From Protoeuglena noctilucae (lineage: Eukaryota), in the NCBI GenBank assembly GCA_958009085.1, contig OY253674.1, positions 620,001 through 684,000 of the forward strand: a stretch of 64,000 nt of DNA, read 5' to 3'. Numbering within the stretch: position 1 is the stretch's first letter; every line of letters begins with the position of its first letter. Positions 50,302-63,600 of this stretch are shown in pieces. A program made the position numbers and the translations under genes. The notes beneath the pieces are model-generated. The model made no database searches, was not told the origin of the DNA, and saw only the letters and a list, made by a program, of their open reading frames with translations.

Positions 50302-53300
50302 ATGGCGGTGGAAGGCGCAGCGATGACTGCCCCGCACTCTCGGTCTCGATCTCGGTCGCCTGCGAAGCGAGATGGGGACGACGTGGATGACGCAGTCAAC
50401 GCGCGGGGCACGTCTCCTGCGCGGGACTCCCGCGAGCGGGGCGAGCAGGACGGACGGGCGCAACGCGACGCTCCCGGTCCCCGCGAGGATGCTGCGGCGC
50501 CACAGAAGCAGGCGGAGGAGCCTGTGACAGTCACTCAAGCACTAGACAAGATAGGCGCCCATCTTCCCGTCAATCAGGTGCATGCAAGGCGCCACAAGCA
50601 CGACTGTGTTATTGGGCTTGTTGGTGCGGTAAGAGGGGGCGCGGCGTATGGCCATGGCTCACACCGTTTGTGTGATGTCTCGCAAGCATCAGACGGGAGC
50701 CAGGAAGCGCGAATCAGGCGCGGCGTTGACCTGCCAGCCCGCGCCCCCGCAGCACGCGGACGCCATCGCGGATCTCGTCCGGAGTAACCCTGTGACGGTC
50801 ATCATTGGAGAGACAGGTTCGGGGAAGACCACGCAGATCTCACAGATTCTTCTGGACCACGGGCTGGTGCCGGAGAACACACGCATCGGTGTGACCCAGC
50901 CGCGTCGCGTCGCAGCGGTTTCCGTCGCGCGCCGCGTGGCGGAGGAGCGCGGAGGGCATGTCGGCGAGGAGGTCGGCTACGCGGTGCGCTTTGAAGAGGC
51001 CACGAGCCCGTCCACGCGCATCAAGTACCTCACGGATGGGACCCTCCTGCGGTGAGGCCGCAGCCGCAGCGCCCGCGCGCCCGCCCGTCGCGCCGCCCCT
51101 CCCCGTCGCATCTCGCGGTGCCTTTGCGTGCAGGAAGGTCATGGACGACCCGCAGCTGCGCCAGTACAGCGTGGTGGTCCTTGATGAGGCGCACGAGCGG
51201 AGCCTCAACACCGACATCCTCTTCGGCGTGCTCAAGTGGCTCACGCAGCACCGGGAGGGGTTCCGGCTCGTCATCACCAGCGCCACGCTGGACGGAGAGA
51301 AGTTCAGCCGATTCTTCCTCCAGTGCCCAGGTGGGCGACACCTGCTCTTGACCACTAAGCACCGTCTTGATGACCCCTGCCTGACAGTGACACGCTTCGG
51401 AGGGTCCCCGCTCGCAGTGCTGACGATCCCCGGCCGCGTGTTCCCCGTGGAGGTGCTGCATGTGGCGGAGGGGCCCAAGCGGTATCAGGACGCGGCGGTT
51501 GAGTGCGCAGTCGACATCCACTGCCGTCAGCCGCCGGGCGACATCCTCGTGTTCCTCACGGGGCAGGGCGAGATCGAGGACGCGTGCCGGAAGATCAACC
51601 GGGCCATCCAGGACCTCCCGGAGGGTTCGTGCGGGGCGCTCATGGTTATACCGCTCTACGCAGCGCTGCCCCTGGAGCTGCAAGCGCGCGTCTTCCTCAA
51701 GCCACCCCCCGACGTGCGACGGTGCATCGTCGCCACCAACATCGCCGAGACGTCCGTCACGGGTGCGACCTTGCGAGCGACGCTGCGTGCATGCATGAGC
51801 GGCACCCTGCCGACCCCTGCCTGCATCTGAGGCCCGTGTCCCGCGCACCCCGCAGTGGACGGCGTGGTGTACGTCGTGGATCCTGGGATGAGCAAGCAGA
51901 AGGACTACGACCCAAAGTCTGGGATGGACTCCCTGGAGGTCCGGCCCATCTCTCGCGTGCAGGCGACCCAGAGGTGAGGGCGCTGTGTGGCTATCTCTTG
52001 CATGCAGTCGATCGACAGATGAGATGAGACTGAAATGAGGTGAGATGACGTGAGATGAGGCGGGGTGTGTTTCACTCGCCGTCCCTCCCCACCCCTCTCG
52101 TGGACGATTGCAAACCTGTGTGCCACGCGCGTCCTCCCCAGGGCCGGGCGTGCGGGCCGCACGCGCCCTGGCAAGTGCTTCCGCCTGTACACGACCAAGT
52201 TCTTTGAGAGGGAGATGCCGGAGGTGGCGGCGCCAGAGATCCAGAGGACGAGCCTGGCGGGCGCCGTGCTGTACCTCAAGAGCCTTCCACTCGGCATCGA
52301 CGTCCTGCGGTTCGACTTCCTGGACCCTCCCGACCGCGGCCAGCTGGAAGACGCCCTGCGGCAGCTGTACGCGCTGGGGGCCATCGGCGACAACGGGGAC
52401 ATCACGCCGCTCGGCCGGAAAATGAGCGCCGTGCCCCTGGAGCCCAGCGTCAGCCGCGCCCTCGTGGCTGCCAAGGAACTGGGGTGCATGCGCGAGGTGG
52501 GGTGCATGCGTGTGGGTTTTGACGCGACGGTGGACTGACCTCACGCCGGCGTGCACGTGCGTCTACCTGCGGGGTGCTTCGGCGGCCCTTGACCTGTGCC
52601 GGTGGCTGCTCCCGCAGATGCTCACCGTCGCGGCCATGCTGTCGGCCGAGTCGATCTTCTCCGGCAACCGCGGCCCGGACATCGGGCAGCGCGACGGCGG
52701 GCGGCAGGGCCAAGGCACTCCGTCCTCGTCCTCCCGTGGGCGCGAGATCCTCAAGCGCCTTGTCGCGGAGAAGGCCGGGGACCACGTGCTGTTACTGCGC
52801 GTGTGGGAGGTGTGGGCGCGGAGCAACTACGACAAGGGCATGGTCCGGGACCTGGGGCTGGACAGCCGGGGCATGCGCTTCGCGAGGGACGTGCGCCGGC
52901 AGTTGGCGCAGCTTGTGGGGGAGGACGGGGCGGGGCTGGAGCGGGGCGCGGCTGGGCGGCCGCTGGAGGTGGGGGCCGGGCCCGGCCGGGGGTCGCAGGC
53001 AAGTGCGCGGGGCGCAGCGCGGGGCGATACCCAGGAGGCCGTCAGCACCTCCGCGGCCTACTCGGATCGCGTGCGCGAGCTGCGGCAGGCGCTGTGCTTG
53101 GGATACGCCAACAAGATAGCCCGGCGCATGCCGGCGCACAACGGCTACCGGACCATGAACGTGGCCGGGCAGCTTGCCCAGGTGTGTGAGTGTGTGGTAA
53201 CTAGCGAGCTGCGTGCAGTGTCAGTGTTGTTGGCTCATGTGTCTCTTGTTGTCTGTTCGCCACGCCCGCCAGGCGTGCCTGAGTTGCTTCATTGTCGCCT

Positions 53301-53849
53301 CATTGTGCCTGCAGATCCACCCGAACTCGATCAATTTGCTGGAGGACGCGGACGGGCTCTTGCCAGAGTGGGTTGTCTACCATGAGTTCGTGCGCACGTC
53401 GCGGTCGTTCCTGTCCACTGTTTGCCCCGTGGAGCACGAATGGGTTGCGCCCCTGCTGCCGCGACTGCGGGACGTGGACGTGGGCAAGCTGTCGGGGGGA
53501 AGCCTGGGTGAGTCCATGCCTTGGTTGGTAGAGAGAGAGTTGCAAATGGGTCCTTGCTTTTGCCAATCCACTCTCACGACGTAAGGCAGGACGCCGAGGC
53601 TGTGCAAGACTGACCTGAGCTGAGCTGAACCAGGTGCAGCAAGTCGACATGTTGTTTTCAAAGCACGTGCGGTCCCCGCGCGCAGTTGCCGAGGGCGGCA
53701 TCGGCAACACGGCTGCCCCGGCCAGCAAGGACGAGGGCAAGGTCGCAAACGGCGACGGTCAAGTGGCCGCAGCCAGCAAGCTCGACGACAAGGCGTTGTC
53801 GGCAGCCAAGGCCCGGTACGAGGCAAGGAAGAAGATGAGGGGCAAGTGA
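50302..53849 (+). CDS. DEAH-box RNA helicase, Prp22/Prp43-related DEAH4/DHX40-like
   Basis: Motifs [52 protein letters not shown] and QRAGRAGR, plus HA2 and OB-fold regions (IHPNS...WVVYHEFV). Ends [15 protein letters not shown]. Confidence 0.92.
52020..52060. repeat. Degenerate TGAGA pentamer tract within a helicase intron
   Basis: tgaga tgaga ctgaaa tgagg tgaga tgacg tgaga tgagg. Confidence 0.75.
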
Positions 53850-53932
53850 CACGGCACAATGAAAGTGGAGGAGCGATCGCAATCTTGATATCAAGCTGAG
53901 GACAACCGAGCATGCAGCGCCTCTACGCGTGC

Positions 53933-55177
53933 TCATGCCAGGAAGGCCTTGGGACGCGTCTTGGTCACCCCGGGCCCGGAAGGCGGCGGGCCGCTTGTCG
54001 GGTCACCGGCGGCGCCGCTCGGTGCAGGTGCGGATGCAGCCCCCGAGCCTTCGCCCGCGCCGGTCGCTCCTGCCGCGGCGGTGGCTTGGCGCTGGGTCCC
54101 CGCCATCCAGGCCGGCGGCTCCGCGTACCCCGCCCACCAGTAGGGGTTCACGTATCGGAACTGCCCCCAGCCCTGGCCCTTGGGACCCTTGTCGGGTCCC
54201 GCGATGTCCCCTGCAGCTCCCGCAGCGCTCTTGGCACTGGCGGCTGCTGCCATCTCGCGTGACATTTCGAAAGCGAACCGCCCATACTCTCGCCGAACCG
54301 CGTTCCACGCGCTGTCGGCGTACAGCTTGTCCTTCTGAAGCACCGCCTCCACCTGCGTGACGAGAGAAGCCATCGGATGAACGGCGAAGCGCCTGAGCGC
54401 CGGCAGTCCAGAAAACATGGTCTCGTCGGGACGAACGCTGCCAACAGTTCCACGTCTGCAGGCCTCACCCGCTTGCTCACGTCCCTCACGCGGTTCTCCA
54501 CTGCCTCGTGATGCACCTTGGCTGCCGCGAGCTCTTGGTTCATCTGCTCCAGCTGCAGGACCAAAGGGCCAAGGCGTGGTCACCGTCAGTGCAAGCAGCC
54601 GACCATGCGAGCATGCGCTGCTTTGGATCGAGCAAGGGAAGCAGCAGGCGCGCAGGGCACCTCCCTCGCTCTTGAGTGTTCCTTGTAGTGAAACTCTGCC
54701 ATCAGAAACGCGTACAGCAAAACCAGGTTCCTCGTCATCATGCCTGCGAAGAATCGCCGGCGGAATGCCGCATCAAGATCTCCGGCCCTGCGCGGCATTG
54801 TATGGCATACGCTTCCTCAAGTACTCGCCAGGGTCCATGCGCCGCCACAGCCACACGCGCTGCCGCAGAAATCGCAGGGCAGCGTTGGGCTCGTGCTCCC
54901 TGTGGAACTGGTAGAGCGTCTCCTTCGCCTCTTTGGACAAGTCTGCGTTCATATAAGCCAAAGTCATCGTCCGTGGCCCACATCAACGCATCGGCGGCGA
55001 GGCGCGCGGCGGCAGGGGGCTGCGCGGACTCGAACCCCGAAGCTCGAGCAAGAGCTTGGCGTTGGCCTCAGATTTCGCCATGCGTAGCCGTATCGCGAGC
55101 TCCTTCAATTCCTCGGTCGACATGCGAGCCGAGGAGGACGCCCCAGCGCCCTGGGTCGCGCGCCCGGCGTCGGCCAT
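53933..55177 (-). CDS. Hypothetical coiled-coil protein with a possible single hydrophobic segment
   Basis: Exons MADAGRA...LELR / DLSKEAKETLYQF...RMDP / GMMTRNLVLLYAFLMAEF / LEQMNQELAAAK / VEAVLQKDK...KAFLA* join in phase, with one GC donor. Confidence 0.55.
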
Positions 55178-55694
55178 TCTTCGCAGTGGGTGATCTCCGC
55201 CGTCTCGGCGTATCTGCGACCTCCCACGCGTCTTCGATGGCGATGTACGCAAGGAGAAGGGCCGGGGCAATAAATTGATCGAATCGCGCGCGGGCGCCAG
55301 TGGGCGCCAGTGGATGCAGCACGGGCAGCAAATTCCAGGGCGCGCCGAACACAGCCAGTGCAGTAGACCCACCGGCTGGCAGTGCGTACTCGAACTATAC
55401 AGCTGGAACGCATCTGTGCCATCGAAACCGCAGGAATCGCGGCAGGGGCACGGACGAGAGCGAGCTTGTCAACATTGCCGCGCATCCACGCATGGCCCGC
55501 CCATCGGCCGGGCGAGTGGGCGCATTGGCGGATGCCCGACCGTGCCTGAGGCGCGGCGTCCGCGGCATCCTCACGGGCTGCGCTGGGGGGCACCTTCTTC
55601 CAAGGCCTCCGATGCCACCCAGACTGCTGGCCGCGACCACCGTCCTCTCCCCCCGTGGAGCCCAAAGATCTCGAGCATTAAAAGAGGTGCTGTT

Positions 55695-58100
55695 ATGCCA
55701 CTCAACACGCGCCCAAGGCGCCATTTGAGCGCTTCTCTGCGCCCAAAGACTGCCTTTCAAGCTCCTAGGATGGCGCTTCCGATCCCCCCCGCGCTTTCCT
55801 ATCACAGGAGAGCGACCCGGCGAAGACGAGCACCATGGAGAGTGAGCAGGTGGTGCGGAGGAGGAGGGAGTCGCAGGAGGGGGTCCATGACAGGCCGCAT
55901 CCGGACCAGGCACGGCCCAGCACCACAGGCGCGCCAAGGAGCCTGAAAGGCACGGGCCCCGCCGCGCTACGAGGGACATTGCGTGCCTTACGTAACCGGT
56001 GTTTTGAGCGTCAGCTGCCCGTGTGCTTTCGCAGACCGTGCGTCGGACTTGGTGCGGGAGGTGTTGGGAGTGGAGCCGGCCCCGGAGCTCCTGGCCATTG
56101 CCATGGTCTACTTCGTCCAGGGCATCCTCGGCCTCTCTCGGCTAGGTACGATGCGCATGGATGACATCAGCCTGGGGCTAAGAACCAATTGTGATGTCGG
56201 CGGCAGTAGCGAGCGAGGCGCAACTTGGCGTCCTGCGCGGGGACGCCTCATCTGTGACTTCGCACGCAGCCGTCAGCTTTTATTTCAAAGACGACCTCCA
56301 CCTCGAGCCCGCGGACGTGGCCCTCCTGGGTGGCCTGGCCGGCATCCCGTGGGCCATTAAGCCCATCTACGGCTTCATATCAGACTCCCTCCCTCTGTTC
56401 GGATACAAGGTAAACCCTGATTTCGTCCTCTGCCGCAGGGATCGCACCGAAACTGTCAAGTACGTTTGCACTGTTTCTGGATCAGATGTGACCACGCGCG
56501 TGCCCCGCCCGCCCCGTGTCTGTAGAGGCGCAGCTACCTCATCGCGTGTGGGTTCCTGGGGGCAAGCGCCTGGCTCCTCCTCTCCACGGGACCCACCCAA
56601 CTGCCGATCGCCCTCCTCTGCACCGTGGGTGGCTCCCTCAGCACCGCCTTTTCGGACGTGGTGGTTGACTCACTTGTGGTGGAGCGTGCGAGGGGCACGC
56701 CCGTCAGGTGCACTGGCGAGCCCACAGCACTTCTCCACGGAAGCACCCGCAGCGCCGCTGCGCGGCTGTCAGGCCTCTGACACCCCTCCACACACCCCGC
56801 ACCACCTCCCCTGCCACGCAGCACGGCCGGCTCCCTGCAGTCCCTGTGCTGGGCGTCCTCCGCCGTGGGCGCCATCATCTCTGCGTACTTCTCGGGTTTC
56901 CTCGTCGAGGCATACGGGCCACGCGCCGTCTTCTCCGTCACGGCCGCCTTCCCGCTCATCACCGCCGGCGCATCGGCTCTCATTGACGAGACACCCGTGC
57001 GCCGGACTAGCAACCCCGCAGGCCCAGCGAGCGCGGACCTGGCGCCGGCGGGCGCACCGAGCGCGCTTGCGGGAATCCGTGACAACGCCTCCCGCCTGTG
57101 GCATGCCGTCAAGGAGCAAGGCATCCTCTATCCGGCGCTTTTTCTCTTCATATGGCAAGCGACGCCGAGTTCCGGGTCAGGCGAGGTCGCCCAATGCGGC
57201 AGAGCATGTCAAGACGTCCATCAGATATCGTGCTGTGCTGAGTACCCACTCGTCACCGGACTCGCCCCACACCATTACATCTGCCATCGCGCCCCGTCCC
57301 CATGTCCCCCGCAGCCATGTTTTACTTCTACACCAACGAGCTCGGCTTCTCCCCCGAATTCCTGGGGCGCGTGGCTTTGGTGGGCGCCGTGTCGAACCTG
57401 GCCGGCGTGGGCATCTACAATCGCTTCTTGAAGAAGGTCCCACTGCGCAGCATCTTCCTGGGCACGGCCATCCTCGGGGCCGTCCTCAGCTCGACGCAGC
57501 TCCTCCTCATCACCAGGGCCAACCTCAGCCTCGGGTGAGTGCCGCGGATTGCTTGGCTGTGTTAATGGCCTGCCAGTCCCCCGCGTGCCACAACAGAGCG
57601 TCCCTGTGACGCCCGCAGGTTGTCAGACGAGCTCTTCGTCTTGGGCGACTCGGTGGTCCTGACCGTGCTTGGCCAGCTATCCTTCCTGCCCATCCTCGTC
57701 TTGGCTGCACGGTGCGACTGCGGCTGTGGCCGTTTGCATGTGGCAGGGGGTCCCATGGGCAAAGCAACTGCCACCTCGCCTGTCATTACTTGTCGTGCTC
57801 TTCTCCGTCTGCAGCATTTGTCCAGAAGGAGTCGAGGCGACGCTGTTTGCCACGCTCATGAGCCTCCTCAACTCGGGCACGTTCGCGGGCAGCGCCTTGG
57901 GCGCGGGGTTGACGAAAGCGCTGGGTGTCACGAGCAGCAACTTCGACAATCTGGCGACGCTGGTCGCGCTGTGTTGCGTCGGGCAGCTGCTGCCGCTCCC
58001 GCTGCTGCGCCTGGTCCCAGCCAACCTCAATGCGCCGGACCAGGGTGCGCCGGGCGAGGGCAGCGGTGGGAAGGGGGCCAAGGGCTCGGACCAGTGCTGA
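55695..58100 (+). CDS. Folate/biopterin transporter (BT1 family), plastid FBT1-like (start approximate)
   Basis: Motifs [85 protein letters not shown] and [15 protein letters not shown]. Confidence 0.92.
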
Positions 58101-58292
58101 CGTCGGATGTTGCGCATGTTGCCTAGCTGAGTGGATCGCTTCGCTCATATCGCTCATAAGCACGCCTGTGCTGCACGCCCGTTGCCGTCACTGGCGTGGT
58201 TTCTGCTGTCTTGCCGGGTGTGAGTCAGTCAGTCCGGGGCACAACGTTTGTGTTCGCTGCTCTGCCCCCCGTGCCCTGCCCTCCTTCGGATT

Positions 58293-60447
58293 ATGTTGAA
58301 GGCATGGGTTCCGCGACTCATCGCCCTACGTGGAAAGCGCCTGCTTGCACCTGCCACGCTCCCTCTTGCGAGGAGCTGTAGGAAGCTCTCCTCAGTGGTG
58401 ATACCTCGACGGAGCCGCCATCGCCGCTGCCCCAACGCCCTGTGCGCCATCGTGATCCAGTGCACTGCCCCCTCTGCTCGATGCGCGCAGACCTGCTGGT
58501 CCCAGGGGACGCTCGCCATCATGGGTACCGAAAAGGACTCATCTCTGGTCACGGCGTCGGACATCGAAGCTCTGAGGGCGGAGCTTCAAGCCATGACGGT
58601 TGCGAAGCTCCGTACGTTCCTCAAGGCGAGGCGCGGATCGCTAGCAGCTGGTTCCGTGGGGAATCAGCGATGAGATCGATCAGCTCGTGCTTGCGCACGC
58701 GCAGGCAAGGGGTGCCCCCGTCTCTGGGACCCGTGCCGTCCTCGTGGAGCGGGCGCAGGTGAGCTTACGCACGCCCCCGTCAGGCGAGGGCGATCGATGC
58801 CGCATCGGACTTGTCTGAGATCGTTGACTGCGCTGCCGCAGGCCCTGGCGGAGGGCGGGGCTGTTGAGGGCAAGGCAGAGGGAAAGGCGGAGGGCAAGGC
58901 GGGGGGCGGGAAGAAGGGGAGTGGAGCTGGGAAAACGAAAAAGCGGACTCGCGCAGCTGCCGACGCGGAGGCCGGCGGAGAGGGTGCACCGGGGCCCGCC
59001 AATGCGGGGGATGGCGAGGGCGAGGGGGAGGGTGAAGGGAAGGCGGCAGTGACCAAGAAACCCAAGGCATCACCCAAGGACACCTGGCAGCCACCTGGGT
59101 GAGACTCAGATAGCAGCTCTGTTTCTGCAACATCCAACATGTCTGCTTGCGGGTGTCGCCCCTGTCACGGCACGTTCCGCGACCTTGCAGGCCCCTGTAT
59201 GACCCCAAGACGATGCGCCGGCCGTACGCGGGTGCTTCGTTTAAGGTCGTAGCGTGGAATGTCGCTGGTCTCAACGCCTTGCTGAAACGGGACCCCGAGG
59301 CTCTGCGGGCGCTGGTGGAGCTGGAGAGGCCAGATGTGCTGTGCCTGCAAGAGACCAAGCTCCAGGTGCGACGCATGTCAGTGACTCGTGTGTCACAGTA
59401 GCACACGAGTAGCACGCTGCACCAGTGCGCATGTCCAGGCGGCATGTTGGGTGGCCACGCATGGCCGGTTGAGCGCATCGCAGGAAAAGGCGGTGTTGGA
59501 GTGGAAGGCCAAGCTGGCAGATACCCTCCCCGGCTATCACAGCTACTGGTCGTGCAGCGTCAGCAAGCTCGGGTGCGTGGCCGGAGCCTTGCCTATTCAT
59601 CGGATTCATAGCCAACCGCATCCTCGCTTCGCACTGTTGGATATGACCCCCATTGTCCGGCAATGGTGCCCGTGCCGGCGGCCCCTGCACCTCGCGCCGC
59701 CCCTGCCGGCCGCGCAGATACTCGGGGTTAGTGACCCTCTCGCGGCCCGAGCCGCTGCACGTCTCATACGGCATCGGCCTCCCCGAGGCGGACGACGAGG
59801 GCCGCGTGATTACGACCGAGTACGAGCGCTACTACGTCGTCAACGCCTACGTCCCCAACAGCGGGGAGGGGCTGAAGCGGTTGGACTTCCGGGTGGGTCA
59901 GTACGACGCGGCCTTCCGCGACCACGTCAAGCGCCTCGAGCAAAGGAAGCCCGTCATCATGGCTGGCGACTTCAACTGCGCCCACCGGGAGATCGACATC
60001 TACGACTCCTCCAAGCGCCTCCTCAAGGCGAGTTAGCGCGTCACCGTGCAGCGCGGTTGCGCACTGGGACCGCCGCAGCGCCGCCTCGCTCCCTGCCCGT
60101 GCATGCAAAGTAGCTACGCTCCTGCCGCTTCTGACCCAGCGGTCGCACACCCTGCCACCTCCCTCGGCCCGCAGAGCGCCGGCTTCACCCCGGAGGAGCG
60201 CGCGAGCTTCTCTGCGTGCTACACGGACAACGGGTTCGTCGACACCTTCCGCGAGCAGCACCCGGGCATCGTGGCCTACTCGTACTGGTCCCAGCGCGCC
60301 AAGATGCGGGAGTCCAACCGCGGGTGGCGCCTCGACTACGTCCTGGTCTCACAAAACCTCAAGGACCGCTGCCACGACGCCTTCATCCTGCGGTCGGTCA
60401 AGGGGTCGGACCACGTGCCCGTGGGGCTGACGCTGAGGGCCGACTGA
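58293..60447 (+). CDS. ARP: AP endonuclease / exodeoxyribonuclease III with N-terminal SAP domain (plant ARP-like); alternative start at 58521
   Basis: SAP: LQAMTVAKLRTFLK/ARGAPVSGTRAVLVER. Nuclease: VAWNVAGL, DVLCLQETKLQ, GYSG, DDEGRVIT, NAYVPNSG, AGDFNCAH, AGFTPEER, GWRLDY and GSDHVPV. Confidence 0.93.
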
Positions 60448-60660
60448 TGCGGCATCGATGGCCAGATAGCACGAGCTTGTACAACACCGCCATTGCACCC
60501 CCGCAGCGCACCCCACCCTGTCGTTCCCCATCTCTCGCGCACGCCGCCGCATCACACGCATCGCCAGCATCACTGGCGGTGTTGATGGCGCACCTGAGTA
60601 GTTGAACTGGCGCATGTTGAAGTGTGGATCGCAAGAGCCCGTCAACTGCTGCCATTGCAT

Positions 60661-63600
60661 TCACACGGGCACGACAAGCCCCGTGGACAGGTGCAGGACG
60701 CCGAACTGCCGTCCCGCGACAGGGCTGTCCACCACGACCAGCAAGTGGTCCCGAACAAGACCCAGGAAGCGCAGGGACCCGACCACTGGCTCCAGAGCCG
60801 GGCTAGCGCCCATTGCGGCGCTCAGTGATCGTCCTGCTACCCTCACTCCCGCATGCAGTGCGTTTGGATGCGACCAGAAAAGTGGGACGGCAGCGCCCAG
60901 CTCCGATGTCGCCTGTGCTGCACAGCCGTCGCCGGTGGGGTCGGCGAGAGCCAAGCACCGGACCACTGCCTGATGCGCGCTGGTCTCTGCCATGTCAGTC
61001 GCACCCTCTTGCGCCGAGCTCTGCCATGCCAGCACGAGGAGCGCGTCGGGCCCGCGGTCGCAGCCAGGCACGCGGCCGACGAGGTGCAAGGCACCACCCA
61101 TGGAGACCACGTCTGCCAGATGCGCCTCGGCTCCCACGATGCAGCGCTGCGGGTGAGGACAAAGGCTCAGTCTAGTCACACTGGCAGCGGCGTTTGCATC
61201 GAGGGCATGCACGCAAGGTACACCCTCGTGTGGTCGTGCGCCCATGTCACCACAAGCGACTCGACTCTGCCTATGCTTAGTACTAGCTTACCTCCGAGAC
61301 GACTGCACCCGTGGCGACATCTAGAGCCATCGCGGTGATCCCGGGCGCCCCTGCCGAGCCGCTCGCGACCAGCACCCATGCCAGGGAGTGGGACAGGCAG
61401 AGTGCCAAGGGTGACTGGCCAAGGGGCACCGGCAGCCAGACATCCGAGGGCGTAAAGCCTCCTCTAGGCGGCAACGTGGCTGCGGTCCCTTCGTCCAGAC
61501 CACCCCTTGCGTCTCTTTGGGGCACTCGATTGACCCCCGCGTGTCGCCTGCCCAGGTACAGCACCCCGTGAGCCCCGCAAGCCACTCCGTCCCGCCCAAG
61601 AGCCATCCTGCCGCGGGACCAGCTGACGTCCCGGAGAGCGCCGGGGCTGCTGGCAAGCTCCAACGCATGCAGGGCTTCAGCGGCGCTGCACGACGAGCCC
61701 TCCTCGGCGCATAGCTTTGCCATGCCTGGAGGTGGTGATACGAGGACTGGCGATCAACACAAGCGCGTCGAACATGAATGAGCGCCGTGAGGCTAGGATC
61801 ACAGCACGCCATTCACCTCTTGGGAGCAGCACTGCCCGGCCCTCCACCGCCCGGGCCGAGAACGACTTGACGCGCTCCGCGGCTGCCACCGCGGCAGCCA
61901 GGCCCTCCATGGAGCCTCCCGCCACCCCGGACTCATCCACAGGGTCCGTGCGATGTGCTTGGTCCACTTCCTGGTTGTCTCCCAGCGCCCATACACACCA
62001 CAGGTACCCCCGCTCACGCAAGAAGGCCGGGTGCGGCACGAGCACGCTTTCGGATCCTCCTGACAGCACGTGCACGACGTAACCGGCAGCGGACCGATGG
62101 CAGAATGGGGCCTCTCTGCGGCAATGGGGAAAGAGCGACGGCGGTCAGGTTGAGATCGAGGGAGCAGTCGTGGATGGATTAGCCAAATGCATAGCGCAGC
62201 GCCTCTGCTCCTCACCTGTGCGTGTGGAGGAGGGCTCCCTGCAGCACGCCATCCGAGGAAAGCTGCACCGCAAACATGGCGTTGCCAACAAGGCACGTGC
62301 CGAGCCCCTTGAGCCACCAGGCAGGAGGGCGGCGGCGATGCATCGCAAGAGCATGCATGGCTGAACAGAGGTCCTGGGCGCCAGGGGGTTCCGATGCGAG
62401 TGCGGGCTCCGGGCGCGCCTTAGCCGCCCCATTGTCGCCCCCGGGTGTCTGGCAGGGGATGGCATCGGCCGAGGGGCTGGCATCGGCTGAGCGCCCGTTC
62501 GCCTGCTCCCTCCGAGACGTGCTCAGATGCACGTGTTCCAGAGCCGCAGCGATGCCGTTGCTGTCGTCTACTGTTTCGCCTGCAGACGCGCCCTGTGCCG
62601 GCACGGTCGTCGCTCCCGCTTGCTCCTCAGCGCCGTTGCCGTTCGCCGGGCTTTCGGCCGCCAGCCACGCCGCTGCGGGGAGCCACGCAGGCCCCCGCTG
62701 CTGGCACACTTGCAAGGATGGCGGGTGCCGGCCTGAGGGGAAGTCCAGCAGGTCCGACGCAAAGCCCAGGACCCTGCAAGTGCGGAGAGACGGCAACGGA
62801 GACTACACTGCGATTTTCCCAACCCCGTTGAACGGCCCCCCTGTGGGTGCCACAGCCGCTCACCCCATCGTCGAGCACTTGTCCGACACGCCCACGCGGC
62901 CCCACACCTCCCAGGGCTGCCCGTGGCGAGACAACAGGAGCGTTTCTGGGTCGACCAGGTCGTCGACGTCGCTGTCTGAGAGATGCAACGCCCATGCCGC
63001 GAGAGACATGCAGCCCATGAGCACCCCGACGCGCCCACACTCCTTGCACATGGCCCCCGACGCACGCTCCTGGGAGCCCGGGACCGCTCCCTCGCAGCAC
63101 CCGAGCCACAAGGAATCCGTCTCTGCAAATCGCCAGCGCGAGGGCCGCTGGCCACGGCCTGCTCCTACCCCTTCGCCCACACCTTCTGCTGCCACAGACA
63201 GCGCTCCCGGAGGAGCGCGAGGGTGCGCATCCTGTGGCAAGCCTGTCATCAAACCGGTCTCCGCTCCAAGCACGCCCTCCATTTGTACCACGGCTGGCCG
63301 GAGGCCACCGCCTGCCACGCGGGACGGTGCTGTGGTGATGGGGCTGCCCATAGAGCCCGCGCCGTCTGAGCGGAAACATAGCTCTTCCGATCTCTCACGG
63401 CAGCGCTCGGCAGGGTCACCCCGGGCGTCGCCAGGCAGCCTGCGGAACAGCCGCGTCAACCCAAAGGAGCACGACACCGCCAGGGCGGTTGCCGATGGGC
63501 TGAAACTGCAAGAAGAGGGCGCCCAAGGAATGTGAGGAGACGCAGACTAAACCAGCTTGCCCTGATACTTCAGCTGTCGCTACCGCTGCCGCTTGTACCT

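Noticed and set aside
50302..53849. Functional cluster linking the DEAH helicase to the G-patch gene or the USP7-like gene
   Set aside because: They are about 28-38 kb apart with many unrelated housekeeping genes between. Proximity alone is not evidence in a eukaryote.
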